Origin: Candidatus Marinacidobacterales bacterium | GTDB taxonomy: Bacteria > Acidobacteriota > Vicinamibacteria > Marinacidobacterales > SMYC01 | Direction: 5' to 3' | Assembly: GCA_965224085.1 (NCBI GenBank) | Contig: CBDCYI010000009.1 | Span: 628,162 to 692,161 of the forward strand | DNA length: 64,000 nucleotides | Shown here: in pieces, positions 27,050 to 40,575 of the stretch | Position numbering within the stretch: position 1 is the first letter of the stretch | Layout: every line of letters starts with the position of its first letter | The notes under the pieces: generated by a model | What the model was told of the DNA's origin: nothing | Seen by the model: the letters and a program-made list of their open reading frames with translations, nothing else | Database searches by the model: none | Position numbers and translations under genes: made by a program

Positions 27050-27592
27050 GTGTCTCTTCCGGGGATGGTCGAAACCCCTCGCCTTTAGGCGAAGAGAAGA
27101 TCGTGGTATTGTGGTCGCGTGCGTCACTACAGGCACGGAGCGCACACGAAAACGGACCTAAAAGCGCACATCGTTTGGATACCGAAATATCGTAAAAAGG
27201 TTTTGATCGGTCCAGTAGCGGTTCGTGTGCGCGATCTGATTCGTCAGATCGCGATGGAACATGAGCTGCACATAATCTCGGGTAAGGTTGCACGCGACCA
27301 CGTCCACGTGTTCGTATCCTACCGACCACACCAGGACCTGAGTAGGATCGTGCAGTGGCTAAAAGGAATAAGCTCCCGAGTACTCCTTCAGGAGTTTGCT
27401 CACCTGAGGAAGAAGTTTTGGGGCCGGCACTTCTGGGCCCGAGGATATCTGGCGGTGAGTTCAGGAAGCATAACGGACGAGATGGTAAAGGAGTACATAG
27501 ACTCCCAGGATGGCGAGCCTCTTCACGACGACAGTCAATTTCCAATTGACAGCCCTTGAAGCCACCGCCTTCTAGGCGGTGGTTGTTCACTT
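27050..27592 (+). mobile_element. IS200/IS605-family minimal element (~543 bp) nested inside IS5-B, with subterminal hairpins at both ends.
   Basis: Left-end hairpins ggggatggtcgaaacccc and ctcgcctttaggcgaag. Right-end hairpin ccaccgccttctaggcggtgg. The insert replaces 2 bp of IS5-B sequence with no TSD, which is typical of Y1 transposition. Confidence 0.75.
27119..27559 (+). CDS. tnpA: IS200-type Y1 HUH transposase TnpA, 146 aa.
   Basis: KAHIVWIPKYRKKVL...HELHIISGKVARDHVHVFVSYRPHQDLSRIVQWLKGISSRVLLQEF...FWARGYLAVSSGSITDEMVKEYIDSQ shows the HuH motif (HVHVF), catalytic Y and a conserved C-terminus. Confidence 0.9.
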   Translation: MRHYRHGAHTKTDLKAHIVWIPKYRKKVLIGPVAVRVRDLIRQIAMEHELHIISGKVARDHVHVFVSYRPHQDLSRIVQWLKGISSRVLLQEFAHLRKKFWGRHFWARGYLAVSSGSITDEMVKEYIDSQDGEPLHDDSQFPIDSP

Positions 27593-27762
27593 GATTGCTT
27601 GCGGCTTTCCGAATCCGCAGCTTCTTGCGGAGCAGCCTCGACCGCCGACACAACGTCGAGTAGTCCGGGATCTCGATACCGAGCCCGAGAAGCGAGGCGA
27701 TCGAGTGCAAGAAGCCTTCGGTTTGGCGGTAGGCAAGCTTGTACACCATCCGGACAACCAGG

Positions 27763-28781
27763 AGATGAAAGCTTGGGCGATCCCTCCTGATGGACCAAAG
27801 CGCACGCTCCTGCACATTAAGCAGTGGGACTTCAACTGGCAGGACGAGTACCGCTTCGCCGAGCGCGTCGCGCTTCCCGCGGGCACGACGCTCGCGATGG
27901 AATACACGTACGACAACTCGTCCGATAACCCGCGCAACCCGCATCGTCCGCCGCGGCGCGTGTTGTACGGCCCGGGATCCTCCGACGAAATGGGCGATCT
28001 CTGGATCCAGGTGGTGCCACGACGCGGCGAAGATCTTCAGACATTGGAGGTGGATTTCGCGCACAAGGAGACGGCGGCCCGCCTCGCCGGCTACACGTTC
28101 AAGCTCGACGTCGATCCGGACGATGAAGAGGCTCACTACAGCTTGGCAGGGATGTTGGCCGAGCTTTCGAGGACGGGCGAGGCCATCCGTCACTACCGGG
28201 AAGCTCTTCGCATTCGAGGGGACTTTGCCCTCGCGCTCAACGATCTCGGGAGGCTCTACCTGCTCGAGGGTGACGCGGAGAAAGCGAGCTCACTGTTTCG
28301 TGACGCCATCGCTTCGAGCCCCGACTTGCCACAAGCCTCGAGCAATCTGGGCACGATTCTTCTCGATCGTGGTCGAACGGCCGAAGCCGAGGAATATTTC
28401 CGCCGAGCGCTTCGGGCGTGGCCCGATTTCGCCGAAGCTCACTACGGTCTCGGCCGAGCTCTGGAAGCCCGTGACCAGATCGACGAAGCTCTCGGTCACT
28501 ATCGGCACGCCGTGTCGGTCAGGCCGGATTTCGCGCTCGCGCATTTCCGGCTGGGGAACGTCCTGGCGAGAACGGGCGACGACGATGCGTCTCTTCACCA
28601 TTTCGACGCCGCTCTCGACGCTCAACCGGACTTCGTCCCTGCTCTGTTCAACCGGGCCGCCGTGCTCGCCCGTCAGGGAAAGCTCGAGGAGGCGACGCGA
28701 AGTCTGGAGAAGCTTCTACGAATCGAGCCCGAGCACGAAGAAGCCCGCGAGCTGCTGCGCCGGATCGAAGCACTGCGCTAG
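27763..28781 (+). pseudogene. 3' remnant of a gene encoding a copper type-II ascorbate-dependent monooxygenase-like C-terminal domain fused to TPR repeats. The 5' part was removed by IS5-B.
   Basis: ...HIKQWDFNWQDEYRF...YTYDNSSDNPRNPHRPPRRVLYGPGSSDEMGDLWIQVV fits a Cu2_monooxygenase C-terminal signature (DEM motif), followed by about six TPR units (EAHYGLGRALEARDQIDEALGHYRHAV...). Confidence 0.5.
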
Positions 28782-28783
28782 CG

Positions 28784-31951
<3,168 letters not shown>

Positions 31952-31952
31952 G

Positions 31953-33359
31953 TCATTGTCCTCCGCGGATGACGAGTAACTCTGTTTGTCGCGGCGCGAA
32001 GTATTCCACCCCGTTGTCGGTGAGCCGGGCGTTCTCTTCGATGCGGATCGGCAGCACTTTGTCGTTCCACTCGGGTATGGGCGTGCTCACGTGAAGCTCG
32101 ACCGAGTACCACGCTTCGGCCGCCATCGGATAGCGGACGCGATCGCCGTACGCGAACGGCCAATCGATCGCCACCCGCGCGCCGATATCGTGCGTCGAGT
32201 TACCCACCGAATGGCAGTAGACGCCGACTTCCGGCTGCGTCGGGTCGGTTTTCACGACGCCTCCCGTCTTCGGCTGGCCGGCGTGGTAGCCCATGACGCT
32301 GACGTCTTCCATCGTCGCCTCCCAGACTTCGTGGGCGATGGCGCCGGGCTTCATGTTCGCGGTCAGCGTATCGGTAACCTTCATCGCATCGTCGAACGCT
32401 TTCTGGATGCTCTCCGGCGGTTCGACTTCACCCGGTTTCAACACATAGGCGGTGCGCTTGATGTCGGTGCGGTAGTCGATGAAGCCGACGCCCGCGTCGA
32501 CGGAGAGGACGTCGCCCCCCTCGACCGTGTGCTCCGGCGTATTGGTGGGGAGGGCCTCACCGTCACGCGTGATGCGGACACCCGGCAGAAACTCCACTTG
32601 GAGACCGAGCGTCATCGCACGCTCGCGCATCCACCAGTGGATGTCGTCCGCAGTCGTTTCTCCCACCGTCACGACCGTATCGGAGAACGCCTCTTCCTCC
32701 CAAGCGACGGTCCACTCGCAGAGGTCCCGAAAGACTTCGACTTCGTCCGCGATATGGATGGTTCGAAAATCCCGGACCAACAGCTCCGCGGAGACCATGC
32801 GGGAAGCGTATTTGGGACCGAGCGTGTCCTCGAGAAACGTTCTCAACGTCCACGACAAACCGTCCGCCATCGGTAGCGTGGGCGAGACATTGATCCCGAT
32901 CCGTTGTGGGTCCCGTTCTTCCACGACTTTCTTCAAGTGAGGGCTGACGCCGCCCTCGGAGTACCCGTAGTAGATGAGCTCGTCGTAGCTGTCCCGAATC
33001 GTCGTGTCACGCAGCTCATGAGAGCCGATGAAGATCTTTTCCGGTGTGTCAGAGCCGCGATCGAAGAAAAGATAGGCGTTCCGCACGCCTCCCCAGCCGC
33101 CGCCGATCTCCGACAGGATCGGATCGATGTGGTGCTCGCGGCTGAACACGAGCCACAGATCGATGTCGTGGGCCCGCATCGCGGGCAACAGCACGCTATC
33201 GAGGCGTTTTGCGATGAGCCGCTTTCGAATCTCGAAGCGCTCCTTGGCGTCGGGAATGTCGAGCGTATCGGTGGGACGCGGCGCGTCCGCGGGCGCCGAC
33301 GAACCGCAGCCGTTCAAAAAAAGAAACGCCGACAACACAAATGCTGAAGTTCGAATCAT
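31953..33359 (-). CDS. M24-family metallopeptidase (Xaa-Pro aminopeptidase/prolidase-like), lipoprotein.
   Basis: Lipobox MIRTSAFVLSAFLFLNGC. Pita-bread fold motifs (VLSVDAGVGFIDYRTDIKRT..., HSVGNSTHD). Confidence 0.7.
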   Translation of the reverse strand: MIRTSAFVLSAFLFLNGCGSSAPADAPRPTDTLDIPDAKERFEIRKRLIAKRLDSVLLPAMRAHDIDLWLVFSREHHIDPILSEIGGGWGGVRNAYLFFDRGSDTPEKIFIGSHELRDTTIRDSYDELIYYGYSEGGVSPHLKKVVEERDPQRIGINVSPTLPMADGLSWTLRTFLEDTLGPKYASRMVSAELLVRDFRTIHIADEVEVFRDLCEWTVAWEEEAFSDTVVTVGETTADDIHWWMRERAMTLGLQVEFLPGVRITRDGEALPTNTPEHTVEGGDVLSVDAGVGFIDYRTDIKRTAYVLKPGEVEPPESIQKAFDDAMKVTDTLTANMKPGAIAHEVWEATMEDVSVMGYHAGQPKTGGVVKTDPTQPEVGVYCHSVGNSTHDIGARVAIDWPFAYGDRVRYPMAAEAWYSVELHVSTPIPEWNDKVLPIRIEENARLTDNGVEYFAPRQTELLVIRGGQ

Positions 33360-33363
33360 GGCA

Positions 33364-34746
33364 CTACCTTTCCCAAATGCCTTTTTCCGCCATGAGCTTT
33401 TCGATCTCATCGGGCTCGATGGGGGCGTGTGCTGTGAGCCACTCGTGGCCGTCCTCCGTGACGACGATGACGTCCTCGAAACGAATCGCGAACTCGTCCG
33501 CCTGCACGGTCCATTCGATGACGAAGCACATGCCTGGCTCCCAGGGAATGTCGTAGTCGCCCACGTCGTGGATCTCCATGCCAACGAAATGGCTGATCCC
33601 GAAATGCACGGTGCGATCGCCGAGCCCCGCTTCCGTCATGAGCCGATCCTTGAGCGCCTGGCTCTCCCGGAAGGTGCCGCCGGGCTTCACGGCGGCGATC
33701 GCTTCTTTTTGGATCCGGGTGACGATCTCGGCGATACGGCGCTCCTCAGGGCCGTATTTGCCCCTCACTGGAATCGTACGTCCGAAGTCGGAAGTGTAAT
33801 GTTTGTATTCGGCGCCGATGTCGTAGCTGATCATGTCGCCGTCTTTGACCGGCCACGGCCCGAGACGCGGCGTCAGGCCGATAGGCCACTCGCGCTCGCC
33901 CCGCGGGCGCGGGGGTCCCGTGATCCTCACGTTGGTGCGGAACGACGGGGCCGCATGCTCGTAGGCGAACACGAAGTTCACGATCGCGCCGATCTGTTGC
34001 GTCGTCATCCCCGCGCGGACCGCTCTGGCGGACTCCATGTAAGCTTTGACGGTAATGTCCGAGGCTTTGCGCAAGAGCTCGATGTCCTTCTCGTCGTGGA
34101 TCATACGGAGTCGGTTCAGGATGTCGGTGGCATCCTTCATCTGGATCTCGGGCGAGAAGTAACGGAGTCGATTCGCGATGTCGAGCCGCTCCGGTGGAGT
34201 GGTGGCGAGGTTCATGAAGCGCTGATAGTTGAAGTAGAGAATCTTCGAAGTCCCCAGCGCCCGCGACAGGTCGGTAGCCAGCGGCTTGATGCCGCGCTGC
34301 CAGGTTCTCAAGTTCGAGTAGTCGCTCATCGCGTCCGACAGGTGCTCCAAAAAGAGCTCGTACGGATACACGTGCTCGACCCCCGTCCTGGCCCGGATGG
34401 TTTCCGGATCCCGTGACGTGTAGAGGATCTCGTTGTACGTTTCCGCGCCCGGGGCCATCACCAATGCAGATTCCCAGGTGTCGGCACCTTCAAGCCCGGT
34501 CAAGTAGATGAAGTCATGCAGATCGGAGTGCGGTACGAAGAACTCGTAGATGAAATCCTGGTCCTTCTTGGACGCCATGATGACGGCGATACCGCCTTCC
34601 ATCGCGCTCGCGAACTTGGCGCGACGCGCGCGGTGATGCTCGATGTCGATGGGCTCCGGCTCACGCTGGGCCCCTGAGACGGGTGGGTGCAAGAAAGCAA
34701 AACACAAACCCAGGGAAAGGATACGGATCGTTCGTGTCATGGTCAT
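33364..34746 (-). CDS. M24-family metallopeptidase (Xaa-Pro aminopeptidase-like), secreted.
   Basis: Signal MTMTRTIRILSLGLCFAFLHPPVSGA. MISYDIGAEYKHYTSDFGRT...HFGISHFVGMEIHDVGDY...CFVIEWTV. Confidence 0.7.
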   Translation of the reverse strand: MTMTRTIRILSLGLCFAFLHPPVSGAQREPEPIDIEHHRARRAKFASAMEGGIAVIMASKKDQDFIYEFFVPHSDLHDFIYLTGLEGADTWESALVMAPGAETYNEILYTSRDPETIRARTGVEHVYPYELFLEHLSDAMSDYSNLRTWQRGIKPLATDLSRALGTSKILYFNYQRFMNLATTPPERLDIANRLRYFSPEIQMKDATDILNRLRMIHDEKDIELLRKASDITVKAYMESARAVRAGMTTQQIGAIVNFVFAYEHAAPSFRTNVRITGPPRPRGEREWPIGLTPRLGPWPVKDGDMISYDIGAEYKHYTSDFGRTIPVRGKYGPEERRIAEIVTRIQKEAIAAVKPGGTFRESQALKDRLMTEAGLGDRTVHFGISHFVGMEIHDVGDYDIPWEPGMCFVIEWTVQADEFAIRFEDVIVVTEDGHEWLTAHAPIEPDEIEKLMAEKGIWER

Positions 34747-34766
34747 GGAAAGCTCCTTCGAGAGGA

Positions 34767-37700
34767 TCACGGCGTCGAGGGAATCACGCGGTTCGGGGTC
34801 CATCGAACGCCGGCGCCATCGAGTTTGTCACGGAGTGCCGGCAGCGTGGTGTCGAGAAGTTGATTGAGTCTCTGCACTTGCTCGCCAAGCTTTTGCTGCG
34901 ACTCCCTCGTCTGCCGCGCTTGGACGTCGGTGGGTGGCGCCGTGACGGCTTCGACGTTGGCATAGAGCTGAGGAACCAGCTCGGCGATGGGGAGCGCGCC
35001 CCGCTGCTCAGCGCGGCTCCGCGTCGGTTCACCCTTCATGACTTTCTCGATCGCCGAGCGCTCTTCTTCGACCTCGTCGATCGCTGTCTCGAGCGCCGCG
35101 CCGGCGGTCTCGCCGGCTGCCTCGCGCGCGTCATCCAGCTCGTTCTTTACACCCTCGAGCGTCGACGTCACCGCTCGGGCTGTGGCCCACATTTGGTTGA
35201 GCGTTTGGAGCGTGTCGTGCCAGAGCTTCCGCTCAGCGCCCGTGATCTCGATGATCGGATCGCCTCCCACTTGCACGACCTGCTCGTTCTCCTCCGTGCC
35301 GACTTTCAAGCGCACCCGGTAGTCTCCCGGAAGAACGAAGGGACCCTTGGGCACGCCGCGAAAGAAACGAACGTTCTCATCGGGGTCGAGCTCGAAAGCG
35401 AGCGGATGCCGAAGATCCCACACGAGCCTCTGGACCCCCGCGCCGTCCTTCCCTTGTTGTGGTTCAAGCCGGCGTACGAGATGGCCTTCGGAGTCGAGGA
35501 CGTCGACTTCGATACGCGGTTCGGGCTCCGGGTCGTCGCCGTTCGTCGACATGTCCGCTTCCGCCATGAGCCGCGGATTGACGTAATAGGTAATGATGGC
35601 GCCGTCGGGAGGGTTCGGCGCACGAAAGTAGCGCTGACCTTGACTTCTTCGGCCGCGGTCGAACCGGTGCATCTGGATTGCCGGCCGCGCGCGGGCTAGG
35701 TGCACGTTCGACGACAAAACGTCGGGAGTCAGCTCGTCCAGGATGCTCATGTCATCGAGAATCCAAAACCCCCGCCCATGGGTTCCCAGCACCAGATCGT
35801 TCTCCCGGGGATGGATCACCATGTCGTGAACGGGAACAGTCGGCAAGTTGTTTTTCAGCTCCACCCACTCGCCACCGCTCGTTATCGAGACGAACACACT
35901 GAACTCGGTCCCCACGATCAGGAGATCCGGATTCTTTGGGTGTTCGACGATCACGCGCGTCGAGCCATGCTCGGGCAGATTGCCGGTGATGTTCGTCCAC
36001 GCTCCTCCGAAGTCGTCGCTCTTGAGCACGTACGGCCGGAAGTCGTTGTCTTTGTGCGCGTCGAACACCGCGTAGAGGGTCGCAGGTGTTGCCTGCGACA
36101 GCGTCACCCGGCTGACCCTTGTCTGATTGGGAACGCCGGGAAACTCCTTCACCGTCGTCCAGGTTGCGCCGTCGTCCCGCGTCATCGAGATCTGACCGTC
36201 GTCCGTTCCCGCCACGAGCCGCCCGCGCTCCAGCACGGATTCCGTCACCGTCGTGATATTTCCGTAATCCGACGTCCCCTGGTGGAGCGCGATCGACTCC
36301 CGGGGCCAGTGCTTGCCTTGTAGTGGGAGCTCGTAGTGGTCGAGCTGGCGTGTTAGATCGGGGCTCATCACTTCCCAGCTGTCCCCGCGATCGGGGCTTT
36401 TGAACATTTTGTTGGCCGCGAAGTAGAGCGTGCGTTTGTCGTGACGTGAGATCAGGATCGGCGAGCTCCAGTTCCATCGATACTTCTCGCCCTCCGGCGG
36501 CTGCGGCTGGATGAGTCGACGCTCACCCGTTCGGGTGTCGAAGCGGACGAGCCTTCCGTACTGGGACTCGGTGTAGACGATGTGCGGCTCGTCCGGATCG
36601 ATCTGAATGTGAAAGCCGTCGCCGGGAACGGTCATGAACCAATCGTCGTTGACGATGCCGTCCGTGTTGCGCGTGCCGATGGGACCGCCGAACGTGTTGT
36701 TGTCCTGGGTGCCGCCGTACACGTAGTAGAACGGCTCCTGCAGATCAACCGCCAAGTTGTAGAACTGTGTCACGGGTAAGTTGGGCAAGAACTCCCAGCT
36801 CCGCGACCGATCGAAGGAGAAGTACAGGCCGCCGTCGGTGCCGAGAACGAGGTGGTCGGAGTTCGCGGGATCGATCCAAAGCGCATGGTGATCGCCATGG
36901 ACGCCGCCGGCGGTGACCAGCTCCTCCCAGCTCTTTCCTCCATCCGCCGAAACCATGGACCGGGTGAGGAGCACGTAGACGCGGTCGGCGTCGTTGGGAT
37001 CACAGCGGATCTGCCCGTAGGCCCACATGGTGGTCACTTCGCTCGTGACGCGCTCCCAACTGGCTCCGCGATCGTCCGAGCGAAAGATCCCGCCGCGATC
37101 CTGCGCGGCGATGGCGGCGTAGACCCGCTCCGGATCACTGCGGCACGTCGAAACACCGATGCGTCCGAGATCGCCCTCCGGCATCCCACGGTTCACCTTC
37201 TTCCATGTGTCTCCACCGTCCGTGGAGCGAAACAATCCGCCTTCGGGGCCGCCGCCGATGAGGCTCCAGTTACGCCGCTCTCGCTGGTGCGCGCCGGCAT
37301 AGATGAGCTCGGGACGATCGAGATCGAACGCGACATCGGCAATGCCGGTGTGCTCGCTGATATAGAGAACCTTGCTCCAAGTCTCGCCGCCGTCGGTGGT
37401 CTTGAACAGCCCGCGCTCCTCGCCCGCGCCCCACAGCGATCCCATCGCCGCCACGAGCACCGTGTCCGGATCGTCCGGATGGATGACGACGCGCCCGATG
37501 TGCCGGGACTCCGTGAGCCCCATGTGCTGCCAGCTCGTGCCTCCGTCCTCTGACTTGTAGACGCCGTCCCCCCACGAGTTGCTGCGGGCGTTGAAGTCTT
37601 CGCCGGTCCCGACCCACACGACGTTCGGGTTGGTTTGCGACACGGCGATCGCGCCGAGCGAGGCGGTACCTTCGCGTTCGAAAACCGGGGTCCACGTGGT

Positions 37701-37925
37701 TCCGCCGTTGACGGTCTTCCACGCGCCACCGGTGGCGGAGGCAACGTACATAACGAGCGGGTTCTCGTCGACGACGGCGACGTCGGTGATGCGGCCACTG
37801 GTCAGCGCGGGGCCGATGCTCCGCCATTCGAGGTTTTCCAGGAGCGGCGAAGAAAGCGGTTGGGGAGTGGCGTTCGACGCGCTGACGAGCGCGGCGACGA
37901 CGAGCGCGGTGCGGTAAGAGCTCAT
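34767..37925 (-). CDS. Sortilin/VPS10-like BNR-repeat beta-propeller protein, paralog of 28784-31951.
   Basis: Collinear with the other copy over about 1000 aa. Signal peptide MSSYRTALVVAALVSASNA. Confidence 0.75.
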   Translation of the reverse strand: MSSYRTALVVAALVSASNATPQPLSSPLLENLEWRSIGPALTSGRITDVAVVDENPLVMYVASATGGAWKTVNGGTTWTPVFEREGTASLGAIAVSQTNPNVVWVGTGEDFNARSNSWGDGVYKSEDGGTSWQHMGLTESRHIGRVVIHPDDPDTVLVAAMGSLWGAGEERGLFKTTDGGETWSKVLYISEHTGIADVAFDLDRPELIYAGAHQRERRNWSLIGGGPEGGLFRSTDGGDTWKKVNRGMPEGDLGRIGVSTCRSDPERVYAAIAAQDRGGIFRSDDRGASWERVTSEVTTMWAYGQIRCDPNDADRVYVLLTRSMVSADGGKSWEELVTAGGVHGDHHALWIDPANSDHLVLGTDGGLYFSFDRSRSWEFLPNLPVTQFYNLAVDLQEPFYYVYGGTQDNNTFGGPIGTRNTDGIVNDDWFMTVPGDGFHIQIDPDEPHIVYTESQYGRLVRFDTRTGERRLIQPQPPEGEKYRWNWSSPILISRHDKRTLYFAANKMFKSPDRGDSWEVMSPDLTRQLDHYELPLQGKHWPRESIALHQGTSDYGNITTVTESVLERGRLVAGTDDGQISMTRDDGATWTTVKEFPGVPNQTRVSRVTLSQATPATLYAVFDAHKDNDFRPYVLKSDDFGGAWTNITGNLPEHGSTRVIVEHPKNPDLLIVGTEFSVFVSITSGGEWVELKNNLPTVPVHDMVIHPRENDLVLGTHGRGFWILDDMSILDELTPDVLSSNVHLARARPAIQMHRFDRGRRSQGQRYFRAPNPPDGAIITYYVNPRLMAEADMSTNGDDPEPEPRIEVDVLDSEGHLVRRLEPQQGKDGAGVQRLVWDLRHPLAFELDPDENVRFFRGVPKGPFVLPGDYRVRLKVGTEENEQVVQVGGDPIIEITGAERKLWHDTLQTLNQMWATARAVTSTLEGVKNELDDAREAAGETAGAALETAIDEVEEERSAIEKVMKGEPTRSRAEQRGALPIAELVPQLYANVEAVTAPPTDVQARQTRESQQKLGEQVQRLNQLLDTTLPALRDKLDGAGVRWTPNRVIPSTP

Positions 37926-37938
37926 GGCCACGTCCTCC

Positions 37939-38838
37939 TCAAGACGACGAAGATGCGCGCGGTGTGAGACCACAGATGTCGGCGACGCGCTCCATGGCTT
38001 CGCGGAGGATTCGAAGATCCGGATCCTCTTCTTTGACGGGTGTGTCCATGACGAGGTGATCGATGCCGAGCTCGACGTGCCGCCCGTGCGTCTCGGCGTC
38101 GATCGCGTATGTGTTGCCGGGCCGCGCCATGATCGGAACGCTATCGAAGTCGCGGTTCTCCTCGTCGCAATACGCTTTCAGCTTTTCGATGCCCCCTTCG
38201 AGCTGCTCGAGCGTGATCTGCGTGGGATGCCAGCCGTCCCCGACTCGAGCGACTCGGCGAAGCGTCGCATCGCTGTGACCGCCCCAGTAAACGGGAATAG
38301 TGGACTTGACTGGTAGGGGATACATTTTGAAACCGGATACCTGCCAGTGCTCGCCCTCGAAGTCCACGGTCTCACCGCTCCAGCACTGGCGCATGAGACG
38401 GATCATCTCGACCGCGCGTTTGCCGCGCCCGGAGAACGGGACACCCATCAGATCGAACTCCTCCTCCATCCAGCCCGCGCCCACTCCGAGGATGAACCGT
38501 CCGCCGGTGAGAAAGTCCAAGGTGGAGATCTGCTTCGCGAGCAAGAGAGGGTTGCGGAGCGGAATCACCGCCACTGAGGTCCCGACCTTCAGGCTCGGAC
38601 AATTCGCAACCGCCCAACAGAGCGAAAGCAGAGGATCGAGCCACGGAGTCTCCGGTGGATAGTCCCAGCGCCCGTGCGAGCGGTACGGGTAGTAAGCGTC
38701 CACCTTGTGGGAGAGCGCCACGTGATCCGTGACCCACAGCGAGTGATAACCCAGCTCCTCCGCCCACTGTGCGACCCGCTGCATGTTCTCCGCACTCGTC
38801 TTGGGTCCGGCGTTGGGAACGATGACTCCCACTTCCAT
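37939..38838 (-). CDS. LLM-class (luciferase-like) F420/flavin-dependent oxidoreductase.
   Basis: ...LGYHSLWVTDH...IPLRNPLLLAKQISTLDFLTGGRFILGVGAGW... is the classic LLM pattern. Confidence 0.75.
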   Translation of the reverse strand: MEVGVIVPNAGPKTSAENMQRVAQWAEELGYHSLWVTDHVALSHKVDAYYPYRSHGRWDYPPETPWLDPLLSLCWAVANCPSLKVGTSVAVIPLRNPLLLAKQISTLDFLTGGRFILGVGAGWMEEEFDLMGVPFSGRGKRAVEMIRLMRQCWSGETVDFEGEHWQVSGFKMYPLPVKSTIPVYWGGHSDATLRRVARVGDGWHPTQITLEQLEGGIEKLKAYCDEENRDFDSVPIMARPGNTYAIDAETHGRHVELGIDHLVMDTPVKEEDPDLRILREAMERVADICGLTPRASSSS

Positions 38839-38922
38839 GGCGCCTCCTTACCGAAACGCGGCGAATCATAGCACGTGGGGAGCCCTTTGGAGTTCCGCAG
38901 GCTATCGCGGCACAATAGGGCC

Positions 38923-39487
38923 ATGAGACCACGGGTACGGCGACACGCGCGAATATTGGTGATTTGCCTGGCGTGGACCGCGATCGCGGCCGGCCAGGAA
39001 AAATCCCTCGATCGTTTGTCGGAGGAACATCGTTCTTGGCTTCGACGCGATGTCAAATACATCATCACCGATCGAGAGAAAGACGTTTTTCTATCTCTCG
39101 AAACGTTGGAGGAGCGGGGTCGCTTCATCGAGGCCTTCTGGCGAAGGCGTGATCCGTCGCCCGCGGCGGGCGCGAACGAGTTCAAGGAAGAGCACTACCA
39201 GCGCATCGAGTATGCCAACAAGTTTCTCGGGCGCGGGACGTTCCGGGAGGGATGGGAGACCGATCGCGGCCGCTATTACATCATGCTGGGAGAGCCGCGG
39301 AGCATCCAGCGGTTCGCGGGCCATCACACCATCTTCGACTCCGAGCTGTGGATGTACGAAGGCGATGTCCGATTGGGCCTGCCCCGCCGTTCCCGCTCGA
39401 CCTGGCCATCACTTCTACGAGGTGTTCTTCGATCTTGCGAGCCCTCTCCTCCCAGCTATAGAGGCGAGCGTCTTCGAAGGCGCGCGA
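38923..39487 (+). pseudogene. GWxTD-domain protein (signal peptide plus GWxTD domain), interrupted by IS5-B at 39488 and possibly frameshifted near 39385.
   Basis: ...FWRRRDPSPAAGANEFKEEHYQRIEYANKFLGRGTFREGWETDRGRYYIMLGEPRSIQ...ELWMY; the downstream sequence continues in another frame. Confidence 0.6.
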
Positions 39488-40575
39488 GGCGTTGTTGCAC
39501 CGCTCTTGGCTGAGCGCGAAATCTACCTATGGTGGTGGCCGAGGTAATGTTCGACCATGAAGTATCCCAAGCGCAGCCAGTACAAGCACGCGAAGCAGAA
39601 GAAGTACCACGTTTCCAACTGGGCGGAATACAACGAAGGGCTGCGGCGCCGGGGCGATTTGACGGTCTGGTTTGACGAGGAGGCAATCGCGAACTGGAAG
39701 GCCGACAAGAGCGGTAAGCCTGGCGGTCAACGGGTCTATTCAGAGATGGCGATTGAAACGGGCCTGGTTGTCCGGATGGTGTACAAGCTTGCCTACCGCC
39801 AAACCGAAGGCTTCTTGCACTCGATCGCCTCGCTTCTCCGGCTGTGTATCGAGATCCCGGACTACTCGACATTGTGTCGGCGGTCGAGGCTGCTCCGCAA
39901 GAAGCTGCGGATTGGGAAAGCCGCAAGCAATCAACCAATCCACCTGATGATCGATAGCACGGGCTTGAGGATTCATGTTGGAACCACCCGCAAACCGCCA
40001 AAGCAGCGCGCCTGGCGCAAGTTGCACATCGCCGTTGATCGCAAGACCGGCAACATTGTTGCGTCCGAACTGACGGCGTCACGAGCTCGCGACGCAACGC
40101 GAGTCCCCCCTTTGCTAACACAGATTCAAGCACCTATAGCGTCGGTGGCGGCGGACAGTGCATACGACAAGGAAGCGGTCTACGAAGCCATCGAAGCGCA
40201 CAGCCCTGGACGAAGGACGCGCGTGGTGATTCCGCCGCAACGAAACGCCACGCTCAGTCAGAATTCGAACACCGCCATGCGGGAACGCGACCGCCATATT
40301 TCGTGCAATCGAAAGACACGGCCGACGTGAATGGTACAAGCTCTCAGGCTACACCGAGCGAAGCATGGTGGAGAACGCGGTCTATCGTTACAAGGCGATC
40401 ATGGGGCCCGAGATGCGGACTCGAACGTTGGCGAGGCAACGAGTTGAACACAGAATTGGGTGCGAGATACTCAACAAGATGACCGCGCTCGGCATGCCCG
40501 ATACTTACTGCGCCGGGTGACTCTCCGACCGGCACAGGGAGGTCAGCGATTTGCTCCGGGCCGTGCAACAACGCC
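39488..40575 (+). mobile_element. IS5-family element type B, fourth copy (1088 bp), carrying a frameshifted transposase gene.
   Basis: Both IRs present. There is a 1-bp insertion (atatttcgtg versus atattcgtg) relative to the reference copy. Confidence 0.9.
39557..40520 (+). pseudogene. IS5-B transposase inactivated by a +1 frameshift at about 40305.
   Basis: The ORF breaks into 39557-40330 and a downstream frame. It is otherwise about 99% identical to 15952-16914. Confidence 0.85.

Larger units (their letters stand above)
26411..27762 (-). mobile_element. IS5-family element type B, third copy on the minus strand. It is 5'-truncated (the left IR and first ~67 codons are missing beyond 27762) and is interrupted at 27050-27592 by an IS200-like element.
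   Basis: Right IR at 26411. Homology to the reference copy resumes after the insert and stops at ...ccatccggacaaccagg (27762). The minus-strand ORF 26466-28193 reads through the insert. Confidence 0.85.

Noticed and set aside
26466-28193. 575-aa minus-strand ORF that looks like one large protein.
   Set aside because: It is a chimeric read-through: IS5-B transposase C-terminus, then the antisense of the IS200 insert, then IS5-B upstream sequence and unrelated DNA. The internal 'domains' are frame artefacts.
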